Assembly: GCA_965249115.1 (NCBI GenBank)
Contig: CBDFLI010000002.1
Span: 153,859 to 217,858, forward strand
Direction of reading: 5' to 3'
From: Dehalococcoidia bacterium
Lineage (GTDB): Bacteria; Chloroflexota; Dehalococcoidia; Lucifugimonadales; QGNO01
DNA length: 64,000 bases
The position numbers and the translations under genes were made by a program. Position 1 is the stretch's first letter, and the number at the start of each line of letters is the position of its first letter. Under the pieces are notes generated by a model. It made no database searches, was not told where the DNA came from, and saw only the letters and a program-made list of their open reading frames with translations. Positions 19,056-29,524 of this stretch are shown piece by piece.

Positions 19056-19202
19056 ATTCGTTTCGATGGGAGCAGAGTGAACCAGGCATGGGACCGATTC
19101 GTTTATGTGCTAACGTTGTGCCTGGAGGGATTCGTTTTTTGGCTCCACTCAGGCACGGGTTGTGCCTGGGAAGAACAAGTAACTTTTTTTGAGGAAACGA
19201 AT
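19056..19202 (+). promoter_or_regulatory. cluster of ATTCGTTT octamers (three direct, one inverted) upstream of the HD/LuxR gene
   Basis: ATTCGTTT at 19056, 19097 and 19130. AAACGAAT at 19195. TTGTGCCTGG is also repeated at 19116 and 19160. Confidence 0.35.
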
Positions 19203-19418
19203 CTTCTTTTTAAAGTTTGTGGCGCACTCAGAAAAACACTGGATGGGAACGTTTGTGTTCACAAGGGAAATGATAGATAGAAGGCAGGGGTATGGGGAAG
19301 AAGAGGGTGGCGGGGTAGGCCCCGAACCGGCCCTTAGTATGACCTGTGTGGACAGCAGATTCCGCAAACTGCATACTAACTACAGAATAGAGTCAATTGC
19401 TATTGTTAAGGAAGACGA

Positions 19419-21037
19419 ATGACCTTCTCTGAGAACGCACCTGAGCTTGAACCCGGCCCAATTCGAGTGGCCGAAGTTCTGAGTGCATTCTCGCTGGCAA
19501 CAGACCTGGGCGCAGGCCAACCGATGGGTGATGTCCTCCGAATGTGTTACATGGCCATGGCCATAGCTCAGGAGTTAAAGCAGTCTGAGCGGGAGCGGGC
19601 CGACGTTTTTCATGCGGCTTTGTTGGCCCACGCAGGGTGCACGGCGGGAGCAAGCCTCTTCGCATCGTTGATACACGGCGATGAGCTTGCGGCCCACCGT
19701 GACCTGTTTCTTCGTGATCTGGCCAGCACCGTAGACATCCTGAAATGGATTCTACATTACGTCGCAGCTGACGAGTCCATCCCCACCAGGTTCTTGCGTC
19801 TGGTGGACGTTCTACGAGGAAAGGGAGACCTGGATGATCAGATACAAGGAGTGTGCGAAGTAGCACCCCGATTGGCTGTTCGCCTCGGAATGTCCATACA
19901 GGTAGGTGAGGCTCTTCGCTGTCGGTTAGAGCGTTGGGATGGAAGGGGTCCCCAAGGTCTTCGAGGGGACGAGATCCCGTTGATCGCCCGAATAACCCAT
20001 ATTTGCATGGTCCTCGTGCGTTTCTACCAGTCAGAGGACGCGAGGCAACCCTGGAAGCAGCGCGCCAGAAGAGGGGTACGGTCTTCGATCCAGAGGTCGT
20101 GGATGGATTCTTGTCCGCATCCAGAGAGGACGGTTTCTGGGCCGGTCTGTCTGCACCGGACTTATGGGACACGGTCCTCGAGCTGGAGCCAGAATCGCCA
20201 GCGAGAACAATAGGCGAGGAGAGGATCGAGGATGTGGCTTTGGCCTTTGCCGACTTTGCCGAACTGAAAACGGCCCATAAAGCAGGACACGCGCGAAATA
20301 CAGCGGACATTGCCGGTGCCGTAGCTGCGAAGATGGGACTCCCTCAATCGTCAGTGTCTTTGGTACGGCGAGCAGCCTTGGTCCACGACATTGGTGAGGT
20401 CGGCATTCCGGGGAGAATCCTGGTGAAAGAAGGTGCCCTAGAGGAGTGGGAAGTGGAACAGGTACATCTTCATCCCCACTACACCGAGCGCATTCTGTCG
20501 CGAGTGCCGGCGCTGCATTCAATCGCGACAATCGCGGGCGCACACCATGAATGGATGAACGGGCAGGGCTATCATCGCGGGTTGTCGGGGCCCCAAATAC
20601 CCCTTGGGGCACGTATTCTGGCGGTAGCCGATGCATTCCAAGAGCTGCTGGAGGGACGCCCAGGACACCCGGGCATGGAGAAGGAAGAATCGCTCAAGGC
20701 AATGAGGAAGGAAGTCGGCCCTCACCTGGACTCCGAGTGTTTCGAGGCCCTCTCCGAGGTGATCGGTGTTACCCTTTCCAAAGAGTCTCTCAGACGGCAG
20801 TGGCCGGTCGGCCTTACCGACAGAGAGGTGGAGATTCTCCGGATTTCTGCCACAGGACTCACCAAACGCCAAATGGCCCAGCATTTGACTATCAGCGAGA
20901 AAACGGTAGGGACCCATCTCGAACACATCTACGGTAAGATCGGCTGCTCAAGCCGAGCCGCCGCTGTGCTGTTTGCTATGGAACAGGGGCTCCTTACGGA
21001 CGCAGCCCTAGTTTGGAGTCGCTCCTCCACCGCGTGA
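19419..21037 (+). pseudogene. tandem HD / HD-GYP-like domain protein with C-terminal LuxR-type HTH, interrupted by a 1-nt frameshift
   Basis: ORF 19419..20213 ends its homologous part at ..ICMVLVRFYQSE. ORF 19934..21037 continues GREATLEAARQKRGTVFDPEVVDGF. Adding one G to the GG run at about 20036 joins them. Motifs: ERWDGRGPQGLRGDEIPL, HDIGEVGIP, HHEWMNGQGYHRGL, LTDREVEILRISATGLTKRQMAQHLTISEKTVGTHLEHIY. Confidence 0.7.
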
Positions 21038-21039
21038 GT

Positions 21040-21075
21040 GCCATTCTTCCGTCAAGAATCGGGCGAACGCCCGAT
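21040..21075 (+). terminator. two adjacent hairpins directly after the HD/LuxR stop
   Basis: ATTCTT-CCGTC-AAGAAT is followed by ATCGGGCG-AA-CGCCCGAT (8-bp stem). There is no clear U-tract. Confidence 0.35.
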
Positions 21076-21166
21076 GCGCAAGGGCCGTCCCCGTCATAAG
21101 ATTCCCGTATCCTGGTTATCAATTCAACTGTACTGATTGTGTTAGCAATGAAATGGAGGTCGCCCC

Positions 21167-21796
21167 ATGAAAGATGAAATAGTCAGGGACAGACGATTTG
21201 CTGAGGGTTCGTCTTCATCGTCTACAGTTGTGTTCATAGTGTTGGCGGTCTGGCTGGTGACAGCCATTGTCGTTGCTGCCTCCGGCGTGCTTGAAAGCCC
21301 GCCGCCACGGGTCACTCCTGTCCTAGTCTGGGGACCGGTGGTGGTGTTCCTGATAGCCTTTGCCAGGTCTCTGAGCTTCCGTGCATGGGCGCTTCATGTC
21401 AACATTCGATGGCTAGTCCTTTATCACGTCGTGCGAGCGGGGATCGGCACGGGATTCCTACTCATGTCCGGAGATGAACTGCCACCCGAGTTTGCTGACA
21501 CGGCCGGGGTCGGCGACGTCGTCGTCGGGATATCCGCTTTGATCCTCGCACTTGGGGTGTCAACTCGTACGGCCATACGTAGGCGCATCATCTTCACTTG
21601 GAACCTGATTGGGCTGCTGGACATGATTCTGGTCTTTGTCACGGCCCAGCGCCTCGTATTGTTCGGCGACGATCCGGACGCTATGGTCGAACTGACAGCG
21701 TTCCCATTGTTGTTGGTGCCAATTTTCGTCGTACCACTGGTCCTCATCACACACTTCACGATCTTCGCCCAGCTTTGGCGCGCGCGCGGTCGCTGA
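21167..21796 (+). CDS. hypothetical integral membrane protein (about 6 TM)
   Basis: 209 aa with several long hydrophobic stretches. No motif recognised. Confidence 0.55.
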   Translation: MKDEIVRDRRFAEGSSSSSTVVFIVLAVWLVTAIVVAASGVLESPPPRVTPVLVWGPVVVFLIAFARSLSFRAWALHVNIRWLVLYHVVRAGIGTGFLLMSGDELPPEFADTAGVGDVVVGISALILALGVSTRTAIRRRIIFTWNLIGLLDMILVFVTAQRLVLFGDDPDAMVELTAFPLLLVPIFVVPLVLITHFTIFAQLWRARGR

Positions 21797-22467
21797 TGCT
21801 GTCAACGAGCGGATAGGCTTCCTCCTCCCGGATTGGACCGAACACGTTGGTAATAATATAAATCGATGAAAAGGCGATAGCAGTGACGGCACTAACCGTG
21901 GCGATAATTCCCGGGACGCTCTTGAACCAAGCAGCCCGGGGGACAAGGTGATCCGGGTGTGGCAGAACTCGTCTTGGTCGCCTTGAAGCCATGGCTAATT
22001 GAGTGCTCCTAGGAAATCAAGGATAGGGCTGTTCTCGGGATTGCATTGTGCCGCTTTGGGCACGACTGTATGCCACCGACTTGGGGTAACCCCTCCCCTG
22101 CTTCCTCCCCGTTGACGACTAAGTGGTCACTCTGTCGCTTGATCCGGTTAGTCTTCATCGCCCCTACACTGACAGATAGATGGATTTTATAGTCACACTT
22201 GAGCATATTGCAAGTCTAAATGGACAAATTGCACCGGTTTACGCTCTTTGCGTTGCTGTCGTTTGGGGCATTAGCATCAACGACGAGTGAAATGCTGCGA
22301 TATTGAGCGATGAACCCTGACAACGAGGACAGCATTACCGCAGTCGTGGTCATGCCACGATCCTTACCTGCTAGAAGACCAGAAAGAAAAAGTTGAGTCA
22401 TGCGGCTTGTGGGCCAGGGAACCTGCTGCTCTGGCGGGCGACGATTCTCCATGTGTAGAGCGGAGAC

Positions 22468-23454
22468 CTAGGAAATAGCCTTGCGCAACTCGCGGAGGTT
22501 GGCGTCGGGGCAGCGGGGCGAGATGGAGCAACTGGGGCCGACCATAAAGCCCAGGCCTCCTGTTTCCTGGATAGCGGCGCGGACATCGGCGGAGACGAAC
22601 TCGGGCAGGCCGCGGTACAGGGTCTCGATGTTGACACCGCCTATGAGAGGCAGGTCCGTGAAGGCCCTGGCCTCCGTCAGGCTGGGGTTTGTGGCGTCGC
22701 GGGTGTCCCAGTTGAAGGCGTGGACGGGGTAGTCGGACAGGGTTTGGAGCATGTTTCGGCTGCGGCATACGTGGAGGATGTTGAACCAGGCGTCGCTGGC
22801 GGCGTCCAGGACCCGCAGGTCGTAGGGGCGGGCGAACTCATCGTACTCCTGGTCGGTCAGGCGTTCGCGCGTGGCCCAGGAGGTGGTGGCGAAGAATATG
22901 CCGTCGGCTCCCTCGCTCAGTATCTCGGTTACGTATTTCACGAAGGTGTCGGTGACCACCTCCAGGGCGGCGTGAACCCTGGTGGGGTGCTGTCGCATGT
23001 GATCGACGAATACGTCCTCCGACTCCACCAGCCGGGCGGCGATGGAGATGGGGTTGAAGACGGTCATGACGAAGGGGACCTCTCCGTTGAGGCCCTGTTT
23101 GATGGCCCTGAGGGAGGCCAGGTGTTCTCCAAGGGAACCGGCGTGAGGGTCCAGGGGTTTGAGGTCGTCCCACTGCTCAGGCGAGGATATGGGGACGGCG
23201 ACGGGAGTGGGACCCCGGGAGGTGTCGCCGGGGTACTGAAAGGTGGCGCCCCAGTCCTCGACGTGGTACTGGGCACGGGGGTTGACCTTCATAAAGTCCC
23301 AGTCGTACCGGCGCTGAAAGCCCAGCATGGAGTCAACCAGGCCCTGGGAGGTGGTCTCGACGTCGTAGAAGTGGCGCCACATGGTGACGGGAGGGCGGTC
23401 CGGTTGCTCTCCGGCCAGGGCTGCTTGTACGCGTTCTCGCTTGCTCAGGGCCAT
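22468..23454 (-). CDS. uroporphyrinogen decarboxylase (URO-D) family protein, MtaA/CmuA-like
   Basis: MALSKRERVQAALAGEQPDRPPVTMWRHF.. N-terminus; 328 aa TIM-barrel-sized protein of the URO-D family. Confidence 0.8.
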   Translation of the reverse strand: MALSKRERVQAALAGEQPDRPPVTMWRHFYDVETTSQGLVDSMLGFQRRYDWDFMKVNPRAQYHVEDWGATFQYPGDTSRGPTPVAVPISSPEQWDDLKPLDPHAGSLGEHLASLRAIKQGLNGEVPFVMTVFNPISIAARLVESEDVFVDHMRQHPTRVHAALEVVTDTFVKYVTEILSEGADGIFFATTSWATRERLTDQEYDEFARPYDLRVLDAASDAWFNILHVCRSRNMLQTLSDYPVHAFNWDTRDATNPSLTEARAFTDLPLIGGVNIETLYRGLPEFVSADVRAAIQETGGLGFMVGPSCSISPRCPDANLRELRKAIS

Positions 23455-23455
23455 C

Positions 23456-23695
23456 TCATGCCTCCTTGGTGGTCTTGGCGGTCTTTTCAGCGCGACGCCG
23501 GGCGATCTCCAGCAGCAGGCGTGCGCCGGTGCCCGTCACGCGCATCTTGCGCCGGTTCTTGCGCCGGCGTTCCCGTCGTTCGCTTCTGGTCTCCGGTTGT
23601 TCCTGCATGTCCTTGCCGCCACACGCTGATGGTACGTCAACCACAGGCGTGGCGCAATCGGGCTTGTGTCCATAGAGGGGGAATTGCGCTACCAT
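23456..23695 (-). CDS. possible small, highly basic protein
   Basis: Arg/Lys-rich, 50-79 aa. Its stop is 2 nt from the URO-D start. No homology recognised, so it may not be coding. Confidence 0.2.
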   Translation of the reverse strand: MVAQFPLYGHKPDCATPVVDVPSACGGKDMQEQPETRSERRERRRKNRRKMRVTGTGARLLLEIARRRAEKTAKTTKEA

Positions 23696-23749
23696 GTCGG
23701 TTACCCGTCACTCATTGAATAGGCAATAGGCGATAAACCGAACGCGAAG

Positions 23750-25192
23750 ATGAACAAGAAGCGCCTCGTAAAGGGACTGGAAGGCATTGTGGGTAGAGGG
23801 ATGGTTATCCACCACCCGGACGACTTGCTGGTGTTCGAGTACGACGGTTCGGTGGACCGGGGAGTGCCCACGGCGGTGGTGTTCCCCGAAAACACGGACG
23901 AGGTGTCCCGGTTGGTGTCGCTGGCGTACAGAGAAGGCGTGCCGGTGGTGCCCCGGGGCGCGGGCACCGGGCTGTCGGGCGGGGCGGTCGCGGGTGAGGG
24001 CGGAATCGAGATAGCGCTGACGCGGATGCGCTCGATTATCGGGATAGACCACGTCAACAGGACCGCGGAGGTGGAGCCTGGATTGGTCAACCTGGACCTG
24101 TCCAACGCCACGGCCAGGTTTGGGCTGTACTTCGCCCCGGACCCGTCCAGCCAGCGGGCGTGCACCATAGGTGGCAACGTGGCGGAGAACTCGGGCGGGC
24201 CCCACTGCCTGCGGTACGGCGTCACGACCAACCATGTCCTGGGATTGGAAGTGGTCCTGGAGGACGGCTCGGTGGTCTGGCTGGGCGAGGGATTCCGTGG
24301 TCGCCCCGGATACGACCTGGTGGGGGCATTCGTAGGCTCCGAAGGGACGATGGGCATTGTCACCAAGGTAATCGCGCGTCTTCTTCCCGAACCGGAAGCG
24401 GTGCGTACGCTGCTGGCAGCATTCCCGGAGATGGACCAGGCCAGCGCCACGGTGTCCAGGGTCATCGCCAGCGGGCTGGTGCCGACGGCGTTGGAGATGA
24501 TGGACAGGTTGACCATCCAAGCGGTGGAGACGGCGATGAAGTCCGGGTATCCCCGGGACGCGGGGGCGATCCTGCTGATAGAGGTGGACGGCCTGATAGA
24601 GGAGGTTGAGGAGGAGGCGTCACTTGTGGAGGCGGTGTGTCGAGAGGAGGGGGCCACGGAGGTAAGGACAGCCGGAAACACGATGGACCGGGAAAAGTTG
24701 TGGTCGGGCCGCAAGGGTGCGTTGGGAGCGCTGGGAGTGCTGGCCCCCAACTACTACCTAGTGGATGGCGTAGTGCCGCGGTCCAAACTGCCAGAGGTCA
24801 TGAAGAGGGTAGGGGAGATAGGCGAAGCGTTGGGACTGCCGATTGCCAACGTGTTCCATGCCGGTGACGGGAACCTGCACCCGTGCATCCTGTTCGACGA
24901 GCGGGAACCGGGGCAGACGGAGAAGGTACTGGAAGCGGGAGGTCAGATACTAAAGGCGTGCGTTGATGTAGGAGGGACGCTGACGGGGGAGCACGGCGTG
25001 GGGCTGGAGAAGAAGGAGTACATGCCGCTGGTGTTCAGCGATGCCGACATGGAGGCGATGCTGAAGCTGAAGCGGGCCTTTGCTCCGGTTGGAATACTGA
25101 ACCCAGGCAAGGTATTCCCGGGTGGCCCATCCTGCGGGGAGACGCCTCAGAGGCTGGCCGTGAGCCGCGCAGGACCGGGGGCATGGGTGTGA
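23750..25192 (+). CDS. glcD: glycolate oxidase subunit GlcD (FAD-linked oxidase)
   Basis: FAD-binding PCMH domain (VVPRGAGTGLSGGAV), C-terminal FAD-oxidase domain (GTLTGEHGVGLEKK). Confidence 0.9.
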   Translation: MNKKRLVKGLEGIVGRGMVIHHPDDLLVFEYDGSVDRGVPTAVVFPENTDEVSRLVSLAYREGVPVVPRGAGTGLSGGAVAGEGGIEIALTRMRSIIGIDHVNRTAEVEPGLVNLDLSNATARFGLYFAPDPSSQRACTIGGNVAENSGGPHCLRYGVTTNHVLGLEVVLEDGSVVWLGEGFRGRPGYDLVGAFVGSEGTMGIVTKVIARLLPEPEAVRTLLAAFPEMDQASATVSRVIASGLVPTALEMMDRLTIQAVETAMKSGYPRDAGAILLIEVDGLIEEVEEEASLVEAVCREEGATEVRTAGNTMDREKLWSGRKGALGALGVLAPNYYLVDGVVPRSKLPEVMKRVGEIGEALGLPIANVFHAGDGNLHPCILFDEREPGQTEKVLEAGGQILKACVDVGGTLTGEHGVGLEKKEYMPLVFSDADMEAMLKLKRAFAPVGILNPGKVFPGGPSCGETPQRLAVSRAGPGAWV

Positions 25193-25196
25193 TCAC

Positions 25197-26501
25197 GTGG
25201 TAACGGCGGGACCGGTTGGGGAGGCGCTGAAGCAGGCCATCGGCGCGGGTGGCATGGTCGCTGAAGATGACCTGTCGGGGTACGCGGTGGACGGTGTAGT
25301 GCCCAAGGCGGCGGTGTTTCCCAAGAATGAAGAGCAGCTGGTGGCCGTGTTGAGCGTCGCCGCCAGAGAGAGATGGACGGTGGTTCCCAGGGGGTCGGGC
25401 GGGCTTATGGGGCTGGGAAACGCGCCTGAGCGAATAGACATTGTGGTGGGGCTGGAAGGGCTGGAACGTTCCATAGAGCATGCGCCGGAGGACCTGAAGG
25501 TGACGGTGGGAGCAGGGATGACGCTGGGCGGTTTGCTGGAGACGCTGGCCAAAGAAGGGCAGTGGCTGCCACTGGACCCACCTCTGGCGTCTCGACGCAC
25601 CGTGGGCGGCGTCCTGGCGACGGGCCTGGACGGGCCGTTGAGCCTTGGCTACGGCACCGCCAGGGACATGGTCCTGGGCATGAGGGTCGCGGGCGCTGAT
25701 GGCGTGGTTACCAAGAGCGGTGGCAGGGTGGTAAAAAACGTCACCGGTTTTGACGTCGCCAAGGTACACATCGGGGGGGTTGGGACGTTGGGGATAATAG
25801 TGGAGGCGTCATTCAGGCTACAGCCGTTACCCAGGAAGGACGCAACGCTGACGGCGCGCTTCGACTCTTTGGAGAGGGCTATGGAGGCGGCCCGTGGAAT
25901 GGCGGGTCCTCCCTACACGCCCCAGGCGCTGGAGGTCGTGGCGGAAGAGGGTGTGCGGCTGTGTGCGCGGTTCCTGGGAAGCGCTTCCGGAGTGGAGAGA
26001 CGGTTGAAAGAGAGTCGTATCCACTTAGAGAAGTCGGGTGCAGGTGAGGTTGAGATGCTGGAAGGGAATGAGGCCGGCGAACTCTGGCAGCGCCTGTCCG
26101 ACTTCGGTTGGGAAGGGAAACCGGAAAGAGGTCTGGTGTTGCGGCTGGGGTGCCTGCCGTCGAGAGTCGGCGAGGTGGCAGCGGAGATTTTCACCCTGGC
26201 TCAAAGACAAAGGTATGGAATAGGCATGGCAATGGGGCCGGGACGGGGCGTGTTGCGGTGTGTTTTCCCCGGGCTGGACTGGGACGACGACATGGTGGTC
26301 AGTAGTGTCGTGGACGGGTCCCGTGGAGTGGTGGAGTCGGTGGGAGGGTACGCGGTGGTGGAGCGGTGCCCAACCCAGGCCAAGAAACGCCTGGACGTGT
26401 GGGGCGACGCCGGCCCGGGCCTCGCCGTAATGCACCGGCTCAAGGAACAGATGGACCCCACTCGGTTATTAAATCCAGGCAGGTTCGTGGGAGGAATCTA
26501 G
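25197..26501 (+). CDS. glcE: glycolate oxidase FAD-binding subunit GlcE
   Basis: Second PCMH-type FAD-binding domain (VVPRGSGGLMGLGN; VKNVTGFDV), positioned between glcD and glcF. Confidence 0.8.
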   Translation: MVTAGPVGEALKQAIGAGGMVAEDDLSGYAVDGVVPKAAVFPKNEEQLVAVLSVAARERWTVVPRGSGGLMGLGNAPERIDIVVGLEGLERSIEHAPEDLKVTVGAGMTLGGLLETLAKEGQWLPLDPPLASRRTVGGVLATGLDGPLSLGYGTARDMVLGMRVAGADGVVTKSGGRVVKNVTGFDVAKVHIGGVGTLGIIVEASFRLQPLPRKDATLTARFDSLERAMEAARGMAGPPYTPQALEVVAEEGVRLCARFLGSASGVERRLKESRIHLEKSGAGEVEMLEGNEAGELWQRLSDFGWEGKPERGLVLRLGCLPSRVGEVAAEIFTLAQRQRYGIGMAMGPGRGVLRCVFPGLDWDDDMVVSSVVDGSRGVVESVGGYAVVERCPTQAKKRLDVWGDAGPGLAVMHRLKEQMDPTRLLNPGRFVGGI

Positions 26502-26502
26502 C

Positions 26503-27807
26503 GTGACGATGGCTCAGACCATATCGGACAAACTGAAAAAATCCGTTGGAGGTCCCAGGGACGAGGACCTGTACAAGTGCGTCCATTGCGGCCTGTGTCT
26601 CAACGCGTGTCCAACGTACCTGGAAACGGGCCTGGAGACGGAGTCCCCCAGGGGGCGCATCGCGCTGATGAAGGCGGTGCGAGAGGAACGGGTGGGGCTG
26701 ACGCCTCGTGTGGTGTCCCATATGGACATGTGCCTGCAGTGCCGGGCGTGCGAGGTGGTATGTCCTTCGGGGGTGCCGTTTGGTCGGTTGATGGAGGCGA
26801 CGCGAGGACAAATTACGGACCAGCGCAAAGCCCCGCTGTTGCGCCGCCTTGCGCTGAGGCTGGCGTTTCGACACTTGCTACCGCATCCACGAAGACTGTA
26901 TGCCCTGGGTGCCGTGGTGCGGCTGTATCAGCGAACGCCGTTGTGGCGGCTGATGCGACGGTTCCCCGGAGTGTTGGGACGGCTGAACAGGCAGCTGCCG
27001 GTTCTACCGGGGGGCTTCTTCAGACCTTCACCAGGGGCGTATGCGGCTGAAGGTGCCGTGAGGGCCAGGGTGGGAGTGCTGTCGGGGTGTGTAATGGCGC
27101 TGTCCCACGGGCCGACCATGGAAGCGGTGGTGCGGGTCCTGGCGCGCAACGGTTGCCAGGTGGTTGTTCCTGTTGGTCAGGCGTGCTGCGGCGCGTTGAA
27201 CGTCCACGGTGGCGACAGGACACGGGCGCAGGAGATGGCACGTCGCAACATAGACGTTTTCCTGGAGCAGGGTGTGGACGCTGTTATCGTGGCCTCGGCG
27301 GGATGCGGCTCGGCGATGAAAGAGTACGGCGGTCTCCTGGAGGACGACCCCGAGTATGCCGAAAAGACGGAGCGGTTTGGCTCCCTGGTGAAGGACGTGA
27401 CCGAGTTCCTGGTTGACCTACCCTTCACGCCACCGAAGGGTCGCGTTCCCGTGCGGGTGACCTATCAGGACCCGTGCCATCTGGCCCACGCCCAGCGCAT
27501 AACCGAGGCGCCCAGGCAGCTGCTGAGGGCGATCCCCGGGCTTGACCTGGTGGAGATGGAGAGCTCCGGCCAGTGCTGCGGGGCCGCTGGACTGTACGGC
27601 TCGCTCCAGCCGGAGATGTCGCGACGACTGATGGAGAGGAAGGTGGCGTCGGTGGTGGATACGGAGGCAGAGGTGATGGCTACGGCCAACCCCGGTTGCG
27701 CGCTTCAGATAGAGATGGGGCTGAAGGCGGCGGAAAGCGGGACCCGGGTGCGCTACGTGGTGGACCTGCTGGATGAGTCGTACCAGCGGGAGAGAAGTGA
27801 TAGATGA
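26503..27807 (+). CDS. glcF: glycolate oxidase iron-sulfur subunit GlcF
   Basis: CVHCGLCLNACPTY and CLQCRACEVVCPSG ferredoxin motifs, plus two CCG domains (ACCG, QCCG). Confidence 0.9.
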   Translation: MTMAQTISDKLKKSVGGPRDEDLYKCVHCGLCLNACPTYLETGLETESPRGRIALMKAVREERVGLTPRVVSHMDMCLQCRACEVVCPSGVPFGRLMEATRGQITDQRKAPLLRRLALRLAFRHLLPHPRRLYALGAVVRLYQRTPLWRLMRRFPGVLGRLNRQLPVLPGGFFRPSPGAYAAEGAVRARVGVLSGCVMALSHGPTMEAVVRVLARNGCQVVVPVGQACCGALNVHGGDRTRAQEMARRNIDVFLEQGVDAVIVASAGCGSAMKEYGGLLEDDPEYAEKTERFGSLVKDVTEFLVDLPFTPPKGRVPVRVTYQDPCHLAHAQRITEAPRQLLRAIPGLDLVEMESSGQCCGAAGLYGSLQPEMSRRLMERKVASVVDTEAEVMATANPGCALQIEMGLKAAESGTRVRYVVDLLDESYQRERSDR

Positions 27808-27834
27808 GAATTTGTAGATATGTGTGCGAGCCAG

Positions 27835-28214
27835 TTAGAAATCTTCTTCAGTTATAACCGCGGAATTGTCGTAATAGGCGTGAATGACTTTGGCATGGTC
27901 CCCTACGAGTCGTACAGCAAAGGCGTGAATGCGTTTATTATGATTCCCAAAATACTCAGGTAGATGATGTTGCTCAGAATCTATATTTACAAAAATCCCT
28001 AGGTTGTAATTCAACATATTAAACATCTCTTCCAGTTTGTCGAAATCCTCCCTCGCCTCGTTCTTTGAGGCCATTCTTTTCAAAGCATAAGTGGCGAGGT
28101 TATTCTCTGTTACTAATCCTCCATGATGCTCTTGGGGAATATGAATAACGATGTCGGGCCTTTGATTAAGATGATGCCTGCTACTCTTTTGATATTCCTG
28201 CTCTGCTAACTCAA
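27835..28214 (-). pseudogene. 3' part of a small AT-rich gene disrupted by the IS
   Basis: It joins in frame to 29520..29675 once the IS and one copy of the CTCAA duplication are removed, giving a 176-aa ORF. Confidence 0.7.
28210..28214. repeat. target-site duplication CTCAA (left)
   Basis: Identical pentamer at 29520..29524, immediately outside the IS inverted repeats. Confidence 0.7.
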
Positions 28215-28227
28215 GTGGACCCCATCA

Positions 28228-29163
28228 TCAGGACAGCGGTGAGGCTAAAATAAGAGAGTCTACCGCTGGGGTGTCTCGTAAACCTTCATCCGATTGTAAG
28301 GCTCGTGGATGTTCCAGTAAACACCTTTGTGGGCTCACTGCTTGGAACACCTGACCCGGTGACCGATAGCCCAGGGCTTGATGGGGCCGCTCTTGGTTGT
28401 AGAAGGCCAGATAAGCCCCAATCCCCTTTCTGGCCTCAGTCCCATTTTGGTATGCCTTCAGGTACACCTCCTCGTACTTGATGCTGCGCCACAGCCGTTC
28501 CACGAAGACGTTGTCCATGCACCGGCCCCTGCCGTCCATGCTCACTTGAACGCCTTGCGCCAGCAGCATGCTGGTGAAGGCCTCGCTGGTGAACTGGCTG
28601 CCCTGGTCGGTGTTGAAGATCTGTGGCCGACCCTTGCTCAAGGCCTCTTCCAGAGCCGCAACACAGAAGTCTACCTCCAGGGTGTTGGACAGCCGCCAGG
28701 CCAGCACGTAGCGGCTGTGCCAGTCCATGATGGCCACCAAGTAGAGGAAACCCCGAGCCATGGGTATGTAGGTGATGTCGGTGGCCCACACCTGGTTGAC
28801 CCGGTTGATCTCCAGCCCCCTGAGCAAGTACGGATAGACCTTATGCCCTGGGTTTGGCTTGCTGGTGTTGGGACGCCGGTAGATGGCCTCCAGGCCTATC
28901 AGCTGCATCAGCCGGCGGACCCGCTTGCGGTTGACCTGGTGTCCGTGATTTCTGAGCCAGGCAGTCATCCTTCTGGAGCCGTAGAAAGGTGTCTTCAGGT
29001 ACTGTTGGTCTATGAGGGCCATCAACTCCATGTCCTCGGCGCCGGCCTCGGTTGGCAGGTAGTACAACGAGGAGCGGCTGATACCCAGCAAGGCGCACTG
29101 GCGCACCAGAGACAGCTTCGGTTCTTCTCGGTCAATCATGGCCCGGCGTTGGGACCGGCTCAC
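28228..29163 (-). CDS. IS3-family transposase OrfB (DDE / rve integrase core)
   Basis: 311 aa. [10 protein letters not shown]... [10 protein letters not shown] ... [11 protein letters not shown] ... [13 protein letters not shown] (DDE with K/R signature). Confidence 0.9.
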   Translation of the reverse strand: MSRSQRRAMIDREEPKLSLVRQCALLGISRSSLYYLPTEAGAEDMELMALIDQQYLKTPFYGSRRMTAWLRNHGHQVNRKRVRRLMQLIGLEAIYRRPNTSKPNPGHKVYPYLLRGLEINRVNQVWATDITYIPMARGFLYLVAIMDWHSRYVLAWRLSNTLEVDFCVAALEEALSKGRPQIFNTDQGSQFTSEAFTSMLLAQGVQVSMDGRGRCMDNVFVERLWRSIKYEEVYLKAYQNGTEARKGIGAYLAFYNQERPHQALGYRSPGQVFQAVSPQRCLLEHPRALQSDEGLRDTPAVDSLILASPLS

Positions 29164-29444
29164 AACCCGAAGCTCCGTGACAAAAAATCCCGTTCCACCT
29201 TGAGCTGCCCAATCTGTTGGTAGAGCTGGGCAGTGAGGACCTCTTGGTCCTTCTCCTGGCGTCCAGCACCATTTTCAAAGAGGTGCGGCGCCCCCTGAAT
29301 CAAGGCCTTCTTCCAGGCATGGATCTGGCTCGGGTGGACTTCAAACCGGCTGGCCAGCTCTGCAATGGTGTGCTCCCCCTGGAGCGCGGCCAAAGCCACT
29401 TTGGCCTTGAAGACTGGGCTGTGCTTCTTACGTGTTTGCTTCAT
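29160..29444 (-). CDS. IS3-family transposase OrfA (HTH)
   Basis: 94 aa. [41 protein letters not shown], then a leucine-zipper-like tail. Confidence 0.9.
   Translation of the reverse strand: MKQTRKKHSPVFKAKVALAALQGEHTIAELASRFEVHPSQIHAWKKALIQGAPHLFENGAGRQEKDQEVLTAQLYQQIGQLKVERDFLSRSFGL
29181..29187 (-). promoter_or_regulatory. programmed -1 ribosomal frameshift heptamer U UUU UUG joining orfA and orfB
   Basis: Minus strand reads GAT TTT TTG TCA near the end of orfA. The -1 frame continues into the OrfB frame (..[12 protein letters not shown]). Confidence 0.6.
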
Positions 29445-29519
29445 GTCCTGCTCCTTCTTTCCGTCCTATTTTAGGAGCGGGACTCTCTCTTAGCCACCTG
29501 TCCGAATTTTGGGGTCCAC

Positions 29520-29524
29520 CTCAA
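29520..29524. repeat. target-site duplication CTCAA (right)
   Basis: Matches 28210..28214. Confidence 0.7.

Larger units (their letters stand above)
28215..29519 (-). mobile_element. IS3-family insertion sequence, 1305 bp, apparently intact
   Basis: Imperfect terminal inverted repeats of about 40 bp (GTGGACCCCA...GGACAG...GCTAA..AGAGAGTC at both ends). orfA plus orfB with a slippery site. 5-bp direct repeats. Confidence 0.9.

Noticed and set aside
21797-22467. A 670-bp stretch with three short minus-strand ORFs (21756..21992, 22009..22206 and 22216..22452). One has a hydrophobic segment.
   Set aside because: None has an RBS or a recognisable motif, one overlaps the convergent membrane-protein gene, and the composition is irregular. 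They may be gene remnants or non-coding DNA, so I did not call them.
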